Origin: Thalia democratica
Lineage: Eukaryota
Length of the DNA stretch: 64,000 nucleotides
Direction: 5' to 3'
Assembly (NCBI GenBank): GCA_965202585.1
Contig: OZ241827.1
Coordinates: forward strand, 46,500,001 to 46,564,000
Shown piece after piece: positions 22,238-34,537 of the stretch (the first letter of the stretch is position 1; the number at the start of each line of letters is the position of its first letter). The position numbers were made by a program, and so were the translations under genes. A model generated the notes under the pieces. The model searched no databases, was not told where the DNA came from, and saw only the letters and a program-made list of their open reading frames with translations.

Positions 22238-25200
22238 CAGGGTTTCCCAAACTCATTTACTAAATCGCCCCCTATTCAGTAACTTGAAAAAAAATCGCCC
22301 CCCACGATTTTTAAAAGTAGTTTTTCTTTTGAGTACAAACTTTTGAGCTAAAAAAAGTTGTGTACGAAATGTAATTTAGTCTTGTACTTCTTATGCACGC
22401 ACTTTTCAAAGTAGTTTACAGGGCTTGAGAAAATAATTTACAGTTATTTTCTTAGAAGCCCAGTAAAGTATATCAAAATACTTAATTATTAAAAAGCCTT
22501 GAGTAATCTGTAATCAATCGTGTTTAAATATGATCTGCTTTGAAACTATTGAAACTTTTACGTCAGTGGTGGACAACTTTTGTAGTCAGCAATTCATATT
22601 TACTAAAAAATATTTTCTATTTTCAACTCGTTAGAAAATGTAATTGCGGGCTGCATGATTTAGAAAAATTACAAATAAGAAAATTAAAAAACTCGAGCAA
22701 AATTGTAATAAAATGATTTAGTATTATTGTGATCTATGAAATGTTTTTGTGAACTGAAAACGAAATGAAAGCGTATATCAAAATATTAAATATCAAAAAA
22801 CTAAATTTTATTTATTTTGCACAAGTAGTTTTCAATTTACTTAGCGGGTCAAAATTCGACTGGATCTAAGCCGTACGTTACCCACCTGAAATCTTAACTT
22901 AAACCTGAAATTTTAATAATATCTCATATAACAAATTTCGGACATTTAGAAGTTAATACTAAGTAACTTATTTAAGCCGCACAAAATATTTAAATTACTT
23001 TATAAATAGGCTTTTTTTAAATATCTATACCAGAGATTAAAAAACTATAAAAGAATTAACAGTTTATTTTACACATAATGAAATAAATATTAAAACATTA
23101 TTTCTGATCTATTTAAAGGAAGTTTGACCGACTGGTTGATTATCTCACATGAAAAGTTGTTTCATCAACAGCTTCAGTTAATGCAGTAAATTTACTAATT
23201 TTAATGCTAAGATATATTGTAAGCAAGTTAGTTGTAAAGTTAAAAATTTAATTTTTAACTTTTTAAACTATTTTTTTCGTAGTAGAATACCATGAAATAG
23301 CATTTGACTTGGAATAATCTTTAGGGAACTAAACCTTAATTCTAACATTTTTTTTTCTTTATTTAAATTCAAAAAAAAAATCCAATGTTTTACAGTTAAT
23401 TCTGTGAACAGAAAGTAATCAATTAAAAAAAACTTTTAACTAGGTTTAAATTTTGTTTTGTAACTGTAGCAGTCTTTTTGATGGCTTATTTAATTCTGTT
23501 TAAAAAGTTTTTTTTTTCTAGCTATTAGCCGACAATAATTTAACAGAGGAAAATAGTGAAAAACTAAATGCTAGTGTTGAAGTAACAAAATAAACTAAGT
23601 ATATTCTAATTGCTAATATATATTGAATTCAGATAAAACAAAAAACAGTTGTATTAATAGTTTAAAACTCCTTATATTATAATAAACTTTTGAATAATAA
23701 TAAATCAAGTTAGAAAATAAAATTGTGTTTAAGAAACTTTTAAATGAAAAAGTAGAAGTCATTTCAAATAGAGACCTCAAATTTATACTCTTTTAAAACC
23801 AAAAAAATCTTTTTAGAAATAAAAACTTTAATGGTTGTCAAAATATTACAATCAGATAATAGTTTTATAGTGATATAAGTTGTATACAGATTAAACTAGT
23901 AATAACAAAAACCTGTCAAATAAAGGTCTTTCAAACAAATATTTTAATCACTATGCTATAAAAACTTTTAGTGTAATGTAAAACAACGAATATCAACTAC
24001 AAAATTAACCAGGTAAAAACAAAATTATTAAAATCTTTAAAACATAAACCATTTAATAAATATAGTAGACTTCCGCTTGAGTTCGCACTTTGAAAAAAAT
24101 CAAAAAGTGCAAACTCAAAAAATTATTACCATATTTTTTTTTCAAAATGACAAATTTCAATATGTTATATGCAATGATGTTATGAATAAACATGAAATCT
24201 ACTAAAACATAAAACAAACTTTCATTAAAAAAATAGATCTATATAAGCTATTAAATATTATATATATTTTGTTATATTAATATTTAGTTAGTAATAGACT
24301 TTACTTAGTTAAATTAAAGAAAATATAAATTTGCACTTTTTTTTGGGTAAAAAGTGCGAACTCAAGAGGAAGTCTACCGTAAATAATATTTATTAGGCAT
24401 TATGCAAACCTGTTGTAGAATAAATAGCTTAATAAAGTTGTCATTATAAAAAGACTACTTAAATACAATACAAACCAGGTTAAATAAGAAATACTTCAAA
24501 AGATCAAATAAAATTAAACAACTTCCATAAAATAATGTCTGCTACTGAAGTCTAATATAATGCGAAGGATGAGGAATATGACTGCTTGCAAGTTTTTATA
24601 ATCTAATTCTTAATTAGTAAAATACAGCTTTAAGTCACCTCCTTTATAAATATCTAGATTAGACCTTTTGCTCAAGATGTTGATAACTGAACTTAAAGCT
24701 TTTTCAACAACATAGCTAGAAGGAAAAGCTATAAACTACAATCTAAATTCCTCTAAAATGATTGGATACTTTTGCCTTAGTTTTTGTTGAGTCCAAAAGC
24801 TTTCATATCGTTCTTTGGTAGAATTTACTTTAAGTTCAGGGTCAGTTTGTAAGTCTGAGAAGGTTTCCTGTAAGTCGTTTACTTCAAAAGTATTTGCCTC
24901 GAAGGGATCCATACTTTTATCTATATGATAGCTTTTTTGTGTCAAATCTAAATTTTACTACTTAGAATGTTAAAATTGTTAAAAATTCCAGATTTTTTCC
25001 AGGTTTTTTTTTGCTTAAATTGTCAAATTCTAGGTTTTTCTAGGTTTCTAGGTAAATTGGCAACCCTGTATAGTTTTATTTCTTAGTCTAACTTAGTGAC
25101 TTTTCAAAAAGCAACTGGAAATATCATGAGGTGATGTTAGTAATAAATAACATAGATTTTTACAAACCATTTATAACCCCAAATAACATATATGTCAGGT

Positions 25201-25575
25201 TATAAAATAGTGAGAGGGATTCCAATCGTCTATGACATATGTAATTGTCAAATATGGAAATATATAAATGAAAATATAGTATTTACTTGAAAGTAGGAGT
25301 CATAATCACTAGATTTTTTCTTTTTTTTTTCATAAATAAAATAAACTTTTTTGTTTAAGTTTTACCTCAGGGTCAAATAATTAATAGCAAGCTAAAAATA
25401 GTAAAATAGCAAGAAAAAAAGTAAAAATCTTATGACAACCCAAAATTTTAAAATCGCCCCCTTTTCGCCCCCTTACTAGTTATCGCCCACCCTTTCGCCC
25501 CCTTACTAATTATCGCCCCCCAAAATACTAAAATCGCCCCCAGGGGGGCGATATCGCCCACTTTGGGAAACCCTG
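22238..25575 (-). mobile_element. Non-autonomous hAT transposon (Buster/Charlie-like) with transposase C-terminal relic and nested insertions
   Basis: TIR CAGGGTTTCCCAAA / TTTGGGAAACCCTG, perfect 8-bp TSD GCCTATAA, subterminal ATCGCCCCC repeats at both ends. The minus strand at about 24945-24560 reads ...YESFWTQQKLRQKYPIILEEFRL*FIAFPSSYVVEKALSSVINILSKRSNLDIYKGGDLKL, resembling a hAT dimerisation domain. Confidence 0.9.
24063..24379. mobile_element. Tc1/pogo-like MITE nested in the hAT element
   Basis: TA|TAGTAGACTTCCGCTTGAGTTCGCACTTT ... AAAGTGCGAACTCAAGAGGAAGTCTACCG|TA: about 29-bp imperfect TIRs with TA duplication. Confidence 0.75.
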
Positions 25576-26254
25576 GCCTATAACCATTTGTGTTTATTAA
25601 GCAGTCATAATAACAAAACACCTTTTTTATTTTTTTAAGTATCATTTTTTAGTGTTACGACGATTTGAAAAGACTTTTTATTAATGAAACTTTATGTGCT
25701 AATATAATTTACAAATTCAAACCGTGTCATGTAGTTACGTTGCTCAATAAACTTGCACGACAGAGATTTGTACTTCTTTATAATTCTTGTACATAAATTA
25801 AAAGATTTACTTATAGCTTTTAAGTTTAGTTTTCTTTATAAATTTATTTTAAATGTATCTGCTATCAAATAAGTGTAAAATTAATATCAAAGGTTGTATG
25901 TTCTTAAAGTTATAAAACAATAAACAACAATAACAAAATAAAACAACACTATATAAGAAAATCTCAATTAATTCTATCTTTTATCTTTCAATAACTTCTT
26001 ATTAAGTTTTTGGATAACTTAAGCTATTCGTAGGATTATAGTAGTTTCAAATGTTTCTTAAACTCAACTTAGAAAAAAATACATTATTTTATTTATATTT
26101 TAACCATTTCTAAAGTAAAATTTGAACTAATTTTCTTACAACATACAAACATCGAAAATACAAGTTCATCGTAAATGTATCTTTTTATCATGTCAAAAAA
26201 TAATAATTTAAACCTAATGTATACAGCTTAAAATTATTTTGTCTTAGCAAGACG

Positions 26255-27226
26255 CAGGGGCGTGTCTAGACATTTTTCAAAGGGGGTTCACAGTTTTTTT
26301 TTTGTTTTTAATTTGCCGCTTAAGTACGCATTTCTAAGGTATGCACTGCCAGTTAAGTATGCAATATTTATCCGAAAAAATATGTGTATAAAATTCTTTT
26401 TTCTGTTTAGAAATAAAAAAACATATAAGTAGTTTTAGAAAAATATTTTTTTTTATAATTTATATACTGTATAAATTTAGATGAATTAAAACTAAAAGAA
26501 CCAGAAAAAAGTTATGAACTTACAAATTGTATATCAAAATTCAAATCCGTTATCAAAAACAAATATATAACATACAGTTTATTTAATTAACGAAAATAAC
26601 GAACATTGTATTATGACTAATATAGGTAATTAAAGACCAAAACTTGCAGGTAGTCTTAGTATATTTTAATCATTAGTTTAAACTTAAAAAAAAACTTAAT
26701 AAATTTGTTGTATAATACATAACTCAATAAAAAACCTTTAGAAGTTGTCAAAATAAAATTGCAAGTCAGTTAAATAAAACAATTGAAAACATAATTTTTA
26801 CGAGCATTACCATTAGTTTTCATATTTTGTTTGGAACAGAATTAATAAAAATCACAGCTGGAATAAAATTTTCTAAGGTAAATAAAAACTTTTGAAATTT
26901 AAACAATCTAAAAATACCAGTAAAACAGAATGTAAAATCTTGATAATAAATCATTCAAAAAAGTTTCCCGGAAAATTAATGCTACTTTAAAACTTTTACC
27001 TATCGTCACGTCACAATTAAAATTTTATTTGAAATCTATTTCAGCTGAGCATTTTTTATAACGGAAACTTATAATATTTTAGTGTTATAAATTCAACATT
27101 CATTATTCAAAGTTTATCAAATAACCAAAAAAATCAATAAACAACGTTTGTAGTGATATTCTAAAAATATTTTTTTCTTTTTTTTTTTTAGGGGGTTCTC
27201 AGGAAACCAGTCAAAACACGCCCCTA
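26255..27226. mobile_element. hAT-like MITE (972 bp)
   Basis: TIR CAGGGGCGTGT / ACACGCCCCTA with perfect 8-bp TSD GCAAGACG (26247-26254, 27227-27234). Confidence 0.8.
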
Positions 27227-27849
27227 GCAAGACGTATACTTTTTGTTTATTAAAATAACGTTTATCAATAATACCTATGAATTTATTTATTAATATAAGA
27301 AAAAATATTGTTTAATTTTTTTTTACTAGAATAGTATTTATATAATACTTAACTGTTATGTGTAAGATTGTATTCTACCTAAATTACAAACAACTTAAAA
27401 CTGCTAGGATCTGGATCCGGCAGGATCCTTATTTTATTGATCCTGTAGATCACTAGTTTTAAATTTTTAGTGAATTTAAACGACACTTTTTTATTATTAT
27501 TAGACTCATTTTTTACTAATTATTATTTATTTAAAGTTATTATCTCAGTTTGTCAACTATTTAAAATACTCATTTTATTTTAAATTGTTTGTTACTTTAT
27601 TGATTTTTAATAGAGTATATTTAAAAGTTTATTTTAGTCTTTACGGTATAATACTTATAATACTATTTTTGTATTGTCTTCTTTACAGTAGAATGATAAT
27701 TAGTTACTAATTGTGTATATTTCTTAAACAGCAACAACTAAAATTTTAACTATGACCTTTATATAGTCAAGATTTATAAATAATTCGCAAATCAGTCCAG
27801 GACACAAGTCAATTGTTTTTACTAGTGATTTTTTCCCTGCATCAGTAGT

Positions 27850-28570
27850 TACAAAAAATAAATAAACGATGGTTTAAAAATCTACCAGTTTATTGCAACA
27901 TTTTGTTCAAATTAATTTCGGACAACCGTCCTTCATCAGTGAACTTTAAAACTAGTAGAACTAAACACATTCATGCAACAAAAATAAATATAAGTTAAAA
28001 AATATATTATGACGTAGTAGTTCAAAACTGTGTATAAAACTAAAATTTCAAAAGCTAGACGATTTTTTACATTGTAATGATATTTTTGTATATAAAAGTA
28101 AATTAAAATGAAATGCGTATAAAAACAAACACTTTACCGATATAAACTTTAAATTAAAACTATACATATAGTCCAACTTTATATAGTCCAACACCTAAGT
28201 TTGTTGTTTGCAAACCTTAAACAGTTTACCCAAAGATACTAAGCCCTGCTGCAGCAACGGTTAATATTAAAATCTATTGGGAACAATCTAACCACATATA
28301 GTCAACCAGACCAAGCTTAACATTTGGATGTTGAACGCTGATAATAATATTATTATTTACACTACTTTATCCTTAAAAATACGCATGAGCTTGAACAAAA
28401 ACATACGTAAGCTGTCAAGTTTCACATAAGAATATTTGTGTATTTTTTACGGATGTTACAAAACTTAATAAGCTTTTAATAAACAGGAATTTAAACACGT
28501 TTACGACGACATGAAGCCATAAACTAGCCAACAATATCTCGTTTTGTAATCAAAAGTCAAAGTTAAACTA
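27850..28570 (-). mobile_element. Old PLE 3' end / solo pLTR
   Basis: The minus strand near 28560-28490 reads ITKRDIVG*FMASCRRKR, resembling the PLE terminus NKRSEFVSSCRH. A T-rich UTR follows with TACGTCATAAT (28016-28006; also at 10700-10710 in the palindromic PLE), then a hammerhead. Boundaries approximate. Confidence 0.55.
27905..27944 (-). ncRNA. Minimal type I hammerhead ribozyme
   Basis: GUUCA [I] CUGAUGA a GGAC-gguu-GUCC [II] GAAA UUAA U U | UGAAC [I']. Perfect 5-bp stem I, 4-bp stem II, palindromic AAUUAAUU stem III, AUU cleavage triplet, one extra A after A9. Confidence 0.8.
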
Positions 28571-28800
28571 TTTTTTTAGAAACTAATTTACTAAATAACT
28601 ATTAAAACACTTGATATGAACAAGATTATTTTCATATAACGTTTTACTTAATAATGGAAAGCTAATATCACGAAACTTATAATATTATACAGCTCGTGCT
28701 TAAATAAAGACGTTATTTTAATTGTGCTCAAAAAACAAAAGGTTAGAACTGATTCTTTTTTCAATAGAATTTAAACTACTTGAGTTAATCCTGGTTTACT

Positions 28801-28994
28801 ATCATTTCTAACTCACGATCATTTCTTGCCCGATCACTTCTAACCCGATCTCTGCTTACCCGATCGTTTCTAACCCGATCATATCTAACCCGATCATTTC
28901 TAACCCAATCACTTCTAAACTAGTCACTTCTAACCCGATCACTTCTAACCCGCTCATTTCTAACCCGATCACTTCTAACTCGATCATTTTTAAC
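28801..28994 (+). repeat. 15-bp tandem repeat array (TAACCCGATCA[T/C]TTC)n, orphan transposon terminus
   Basis: About 13 degenerate units preceded by GGTTTAC(T/C)ATCATTTCTAAC, the same start as at 50448. Confidence 0.8.
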
Positions 28995-29334
28995 ATGAGC
29001 AGTGATTTTTTTTGTTTTTAAATTTATTTTAATTAGTGTTTATTTGAAACCCAAACTAATGTTAACAAAATTGTTGTTTTATTAAAATATAGTTTACTTT
29101 TTAACGAAAACTTAGTATTTATAGAGCTTTAATTAAAATAAATCTTTAATAATCAGTTTAATTTAACTTGTTGAGTTTTTCAAATGAGTATAAACTTAAA
29201 AAATACTTTGTAGTCAAAATATTTTTTTTACAAATACAGAGGTATGAAGCATAGCTTTTCTGCGTTTTTACAAATAATTTTATACATTTTTATACCCCTG
29301 TAATTATACCTAGTTTTACAATTTTAATATTAAA

Positions 29335-30706
29335 TAGTTACGTGTAATTTCAGGGGACAATAATTCAGTGGCAATTGCTAATATTGTATTGCATTTCATC
29401 ATGTTAACAGTACAGAATAAAAATAAAGTATTTTTTATTAAAATATTTATTGGTGACATTGTATTTATCTCAGAAAGCAAAGAAATTGCCAATGACATCA
29501 TCAAAGTTTAAAAGACTTATTTGAAAAACATAATCTTAAAAAAACACCTAATATGATGTCCAAAGATAATAAAATAATTACTTTTTTAGACGTAGAACAT
29601 TTACTTAATAATGATAGTAAAATCAAATATTTTAAAAGAAAATGTTTTATAAAGGAGACTGCAAAAAACACAACTTTTTTAATTTGTGTACTTTATACTT
29701 TAAAGATGACAATCAAAGTTCTCAACTTAAATAAGAGGAGAATGATCAATTATAAATTTGAAGTTTTATTAACAATACAATGTTTTACTCGCTTGAAACT
29801 AGTCAAACATTGCATTGTTAATAAAACTTAAAATTTATAATTGAACTTTTCTAAATGATACATCATAACATACACAAAGTGTGTTTAAAGGAATTATAAC
29901 AAGAGAAATCAAACACCTCAAAAGATTGAATGAAAGCGAAAATTATTTCAAGGCTAGTTTATTGAAATATGAAAAGAAATGCATAAGATCCAATTTTAAT
30001 TCCAAAATAGTCAAAATCCATTTTAAAAAAGTTAGTGAATTTTACTTAAGTGAGAGTTAAATAAACTAAAAATTCAAAATTGTAAGAATATATACTGGTC
30101 ATCTCAATATAAAAATTTGTCAAAATTCACTAAAGAAGAAAAGAAACTGTTTCCACTTGCAAACCAAGAAGTATAGGTCATTTGCTTAACACATTTAGTT
30201 GTATAGCCGAAAAGGGAAGCAACTTACCTATTATAAGATCAAAATTCAAAAACTGTGCATTATGCGGAAAATACAGCAATTATAAATACATGACAGATGA
30301 CAGTAGTAAAACCGGTTGAAAACAGAACAATAGACATAAAACCAAAATTAAACTATATAAGTTATGGAATATATTCTGCTCAGTGTTCAATATGCAAAAA
30401 AATATATATGTAGGTCAGACTAAAAATAGTTTTAATCTAAGATGGAATGCACATTAAAAAAAACTGGAAAAAATCCAAGGAAGTTTTAACTTGGTTGGTA
30501 AAGGAGACGAATCTGCCTTATTTAAACACTACTTTGAGAATCATCATACTGATATTGAAAATATAGGATTAGACAGTGCCTACAAGATAATGTTTTTAGA
30601 ACAACCTGAATTTAAAAGTTTAGACTACAAAGAAAGTGTATGGATAAAAAGACTAAATGCAAAAATTAACTTAAATAAAACAATTTCTAAAGATTTAATA
30701 TTTTAG
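29335..30706 (+). mobile_element. Degenerate Penelope-like element (RT + GIY-YIG), Naiad-like
   Basis: Relic motifs: VISGDNNSVAIANIVLHFI (29344-), FIGD in place of the xxDD motif (29446-), ITFLDVEH...FIKETA, CALCG, GIYSAQCSICKK..YVGQTKNSF..RWNAH, and DESALFKHY...LDYKESVWIKRLNAKIN (ORF 30491..30706). Multiple stops and frameshifts. The clade label comes from remembered motif style, not an alignment. Confidence 0.7.
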
Positions 30707-31285
30707 AGCTTGGTATTTATTACAATTTAAAAAAAAAGAGCATTTTTGCACATTGTGTTTTAGCTTGTTTACTTGTATGCGTTTATGAGTTATTAGTTGG
30801 TAAAATCTTAGTTTTAAAATTTATATGATAGTTAATTGTGTTTTTGTTATGGAAATGTTTTATAAATTTATATAGCCTAAAAGTGTAGTTGTTAAGTTTA
30901 ATTTTGTTTACTTTATAAATGTGTTACTAATAATTGTGTGTATACAATTTCAGCCGTTTATCACTTATAAACGAAAGTACTAGTGAAACAAAAGCGTGTA
31001 TTTGTTCATTTTTCAAAGACAGTAGAAGCAATATTGTACTTTTTACCATTATTTTGTTTTTACTTATTTATTATACTTCACTGTCTGAACAAAGGAGTTC
31101 TTATAATCATAAACACTGTAAATAAAAAACGGTTTTAATTTTAAGCACTTTATAATATTAATATCTTAAAGATTTAGTTTTACTTCAGTTCATTTAAAGT
31201 AAGTACTGCTATACAAACCAGGGACAATTTACAAATCTTATACTACCTTACTATAGTACTGTACTAAACTATAGTACTGCTATAC

Positions 31286-34200
31286 CAGGGGTCGGCAAAC
31301 TGCGGCCCGCGGGCCAATGCGGCCCTTCAAGGGTAAATCTGCGGCCCACGAGCACATTATTTTTTTGAATGGAATGCGGCCCGTGAAAGAAAATTTTGCG
31401 GCCCGCGAGCATGTAAATGTGGCCCTCTGAGCAACAATATATTTTAAGAAAAATTTCTTTGATTAATCTAGTTTTAAATCTCTCTATAATATTTTAAAAC
31501 AAATAAAATAATTTACTGATTTAGCTTAAAAATGTGAAAAAGACAGGTTAGCATTCCACCAGGTTTTTTTCTTAATTTCATAATAACTTTCTTATTACAA
31601 CAGCAAACTATTTTCTGAAAAAATGATTGCAAAAAGTGCTTTGAATTACTAAGATAATTATATAATACCTATTTAGTAAATAAACTAAATGCAAATGTTT
31701 TCCATTTTGTACAAAAGTAATGCACAGTAATTAACTAAAATGTCATTTCTTTACCGTTTATTTTTTTTTACACGTTTTTTATACCTAAGTTTCTGTTACA
31801 GATGTTTTATTACTTAATGTTATGTTTTAGTGCGCACAAAAATATTTAAAACAACATAATACTAAAAAAGTAAGGTTAATATTATTTTGGTTTTGACACC
31901 TTTAATTTTTTAGAAGTTTTCTTTGCATCTTAAATTAATTCCTATGCACACCAATGAACAAAGATGCTCAGATTTTAAACCACTTTTTATTTTATACTTA
32001 ACGAGTAAAAATTTAGTTTATGCACAATTTTTTAACATTATTGTTTCTACATGTAATATCTAAGTGTGTAAAGACACATTTAAAACAATATATATGACAT
32101 AAATTAAAAAAGTTTTTGTTAGGTATTCTTTTTATTTTTCAAACAATGTTTTTTTGGAAAAATAAGCTAATTTTTACGCGTTGCATACTAATATAAACAG
32201 TTGCTGTTTTTTAAAACAACCTATTTAATACAAATTAGATTGAGAAATGGTTATTTATTAAGCTTGTACATTTTTAATCAAAATTGTTCAAATTCGATCA
32301 AATGAACAAACAAAAATTGCCACACACTCAGACTATGACTTTTTGAAGACTTCAAATATCAGGCCAATTTAGTCATTTTACAGTTTTTGGCTTGAATTGC
32401 TTTTTGTATGCTAAAATATTAGGCTAGTTTTGGTCACTCGGACTGACTTTTTTGCTTTAAAAAGTGATAAAAAAAATTATTATGTAGGTTTTGTTTAATG
32501 CACAGTATTGGTTTAAATTAAAATATATTTCAAATTTTAAGTCTTGCAGCTGATATAATCTGACTTATTATTTATATTAGTTGTATACATTCAAGTGTGA
32601 TCAACTAGTGTTGCCAAAAAGTCCCGGGAAAGCTTGGAATTTGACATTTTTCGCTAAAGAAATCTGAAAACCCTTGAAATTGAGAATTATCGCAAAAACT
32701 TAAAATTTTAAGCAATTTTTACATGTTAAGTAATGAAGTTTTGATTTGACACAAAAATTCTAGCATATAAATAATTCTTCTTAAAATACACAATTACAGT
32801 AGCTTTACAGTACCTTTTAAATTTTTCTATATTATTTAATACATCTTTTTACCTTTAGCTTAATTTTATACTAAAAATAGAAGTAAAAAGTCGTAGTTCT
32901 AAAAACTTTATATTGGTGCATTGCACCTTTGCTTCAAAATGTCTTTACCTATTGTCGTGCTTTGTATTGGAACTAAACCTAGAAATTCTTCTAAAGTGTC
33001 AAAATTAGTAAAACCACTTGTAATAAAAATTCGAAAATAAGCAATATCTGTTGTATCAGTTCTCTCATGCTAACAGATTGATTTAAGTCCTAATTTGAAT
33101 CATGCAGCTTAATAATCTTCAGACATTTCCTTGACACGACTTCTTGTTGATATTGAAGAAATAAACAAAAATATCTTATTAGTGCCAACACAAATTATTT
33201 AAATAAGTTTTCAACTCTAAACGGTATCTTTTTTGAGCAATTACTTTTGCTACTTTATAACTTTCCTCAACAGTTTTTTTCTGATCAGTCTGTAGTTACT
33301 GAAAATAATCATGTGCGTTGTTGAAACTAACTTATACGATTTTTTTTTTTCGTTTCTTGCAATAACTCCAAACTAACGTATTATAGTTCTTATAGCTCGT
33401 CTTATAATTTACATTTCCTCTTTTTAAATGCAATATTTTTAATGCAGATAAAAAATTGCTTTAAAATAGGTTTTTCTAATTCATTGATAGCTTAATAAAT
33501 TTTTATACATTTGTTAAAAATGTTTAAAAACTGATTTGTTCATTCAAGCTAGCTGAATTGTAATTGTTTTTTTAGTTACAAACTGACTGTTAACAAACTT
33601 CAATATTATTTTATTTTGTAAACTTTGTTTTAAACAGGGTTGCCAAACAAACAGCTTAGTTTTAAAAAATTTAAAGTCAGACAAGGTTAAGCTGTTTTAG
33701 AAATTGTTATAAAACTCAGGTGTATCTGAAACTTTTATTTTTAACACTTTGAATAATTCTTCAAATTCTCAGAATAGTTTTTATGACTGTATTGTAGTTA
33801 ACTAGTTGTAGTTTTTTTGTAAATTTACATATTGTGCTTTTTATAAAAATGATACTTTAGTAATGTATTTAAGCTTGATTAATAAAAAGCTTTTAGCTAT
33901 TTTAACTTTTAGTAAACTTTTAATATAATTCAGACAATATTTCTTTTAAAGTGGCAACCGTGTAAAAGTTTAATAAGGTATTTTATTAAAGTATTCGAGT
34001 ATAAATTATGTTAAAATATTTGATTTAGCTTATTTACTGTATAAATAGGTATTAATTTTATTTTATTAACTAATTACTGAATTTTCTAAAGAGTGGTGCA
34101 AACTATTTAAGACGCAAAACTATTTTCAAAATTTGACTTTTTTTTAAATATGAAAAGGTGGTTCATAATATAAAAAATGTATAAAAGTGACCCATACATG

Positions 34201-34537
34201 TTTTTCAAGCTCGGTTTTTATAGAGAGTTAGTTCGTAATAGAAATTAAAAAAAAAACTTATTAAGTTTAATTCTTTAAGAAAATACATATTTAATTCAGA
34301 CTTAAGCATATTAAGCAATATAAATTATATCCCAATTGATATTTATATATTAAGTAGGCATTCTATGTGTAGCTAAAAGTAATTTAAAGTAATAAAATGG
34401 ATAAAAGTAAAACTATCTCTGGTGTGACCAAAACTAAAGCCAAAACATTATACAAATCTCACTAAAACTAAAACTGTGGCTCGCGAAGATTTTGAAAACT
34501 TGAAATTTGGCCCGCGAGCACCAACTGCCTGCCGACC
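31286..34537 (-). mobile_element. Deleted hAT transposon (Spin/GTF2IRD2-like) with transposase relic
   Basis: Left TIR CAGGGGTCGGCAAAC with GCGGCCC subterminal repeats; right end GGCCCGCGAG...GCCGACC, partly deleted, followed by TATAC (the left flank is TGCTATAC). The minus strand at about 33290-32930 reads ESYKVAKVIAQK... and ETDTTDIAYFRIFITSGFTNFDTLEEFLGLVPIQSTTIGKDI. Confidence 0.8.

Noticed and set aside
22415-22467. ~53-nt imperfect hairpin resembling a pre-miRNA or Helitron end
   Set aside because: It lies inside a hAT relic and is AT-rich, with no CTRR terminus or other support.
28801-28994. CRISPR array or interstitial telomere
   Set aside because: The units are head-to-tail 15-mers with no unique spacers and are not (TTAGGG)n; the context is a eukaryotic transposon end.
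31076-31125. Possible decayed hammerheads at the end of the Naiad-like relic and at 53672 (CTGAAGA)
   Set aside because: Too many core mismatches (no GAAA, no stem I).
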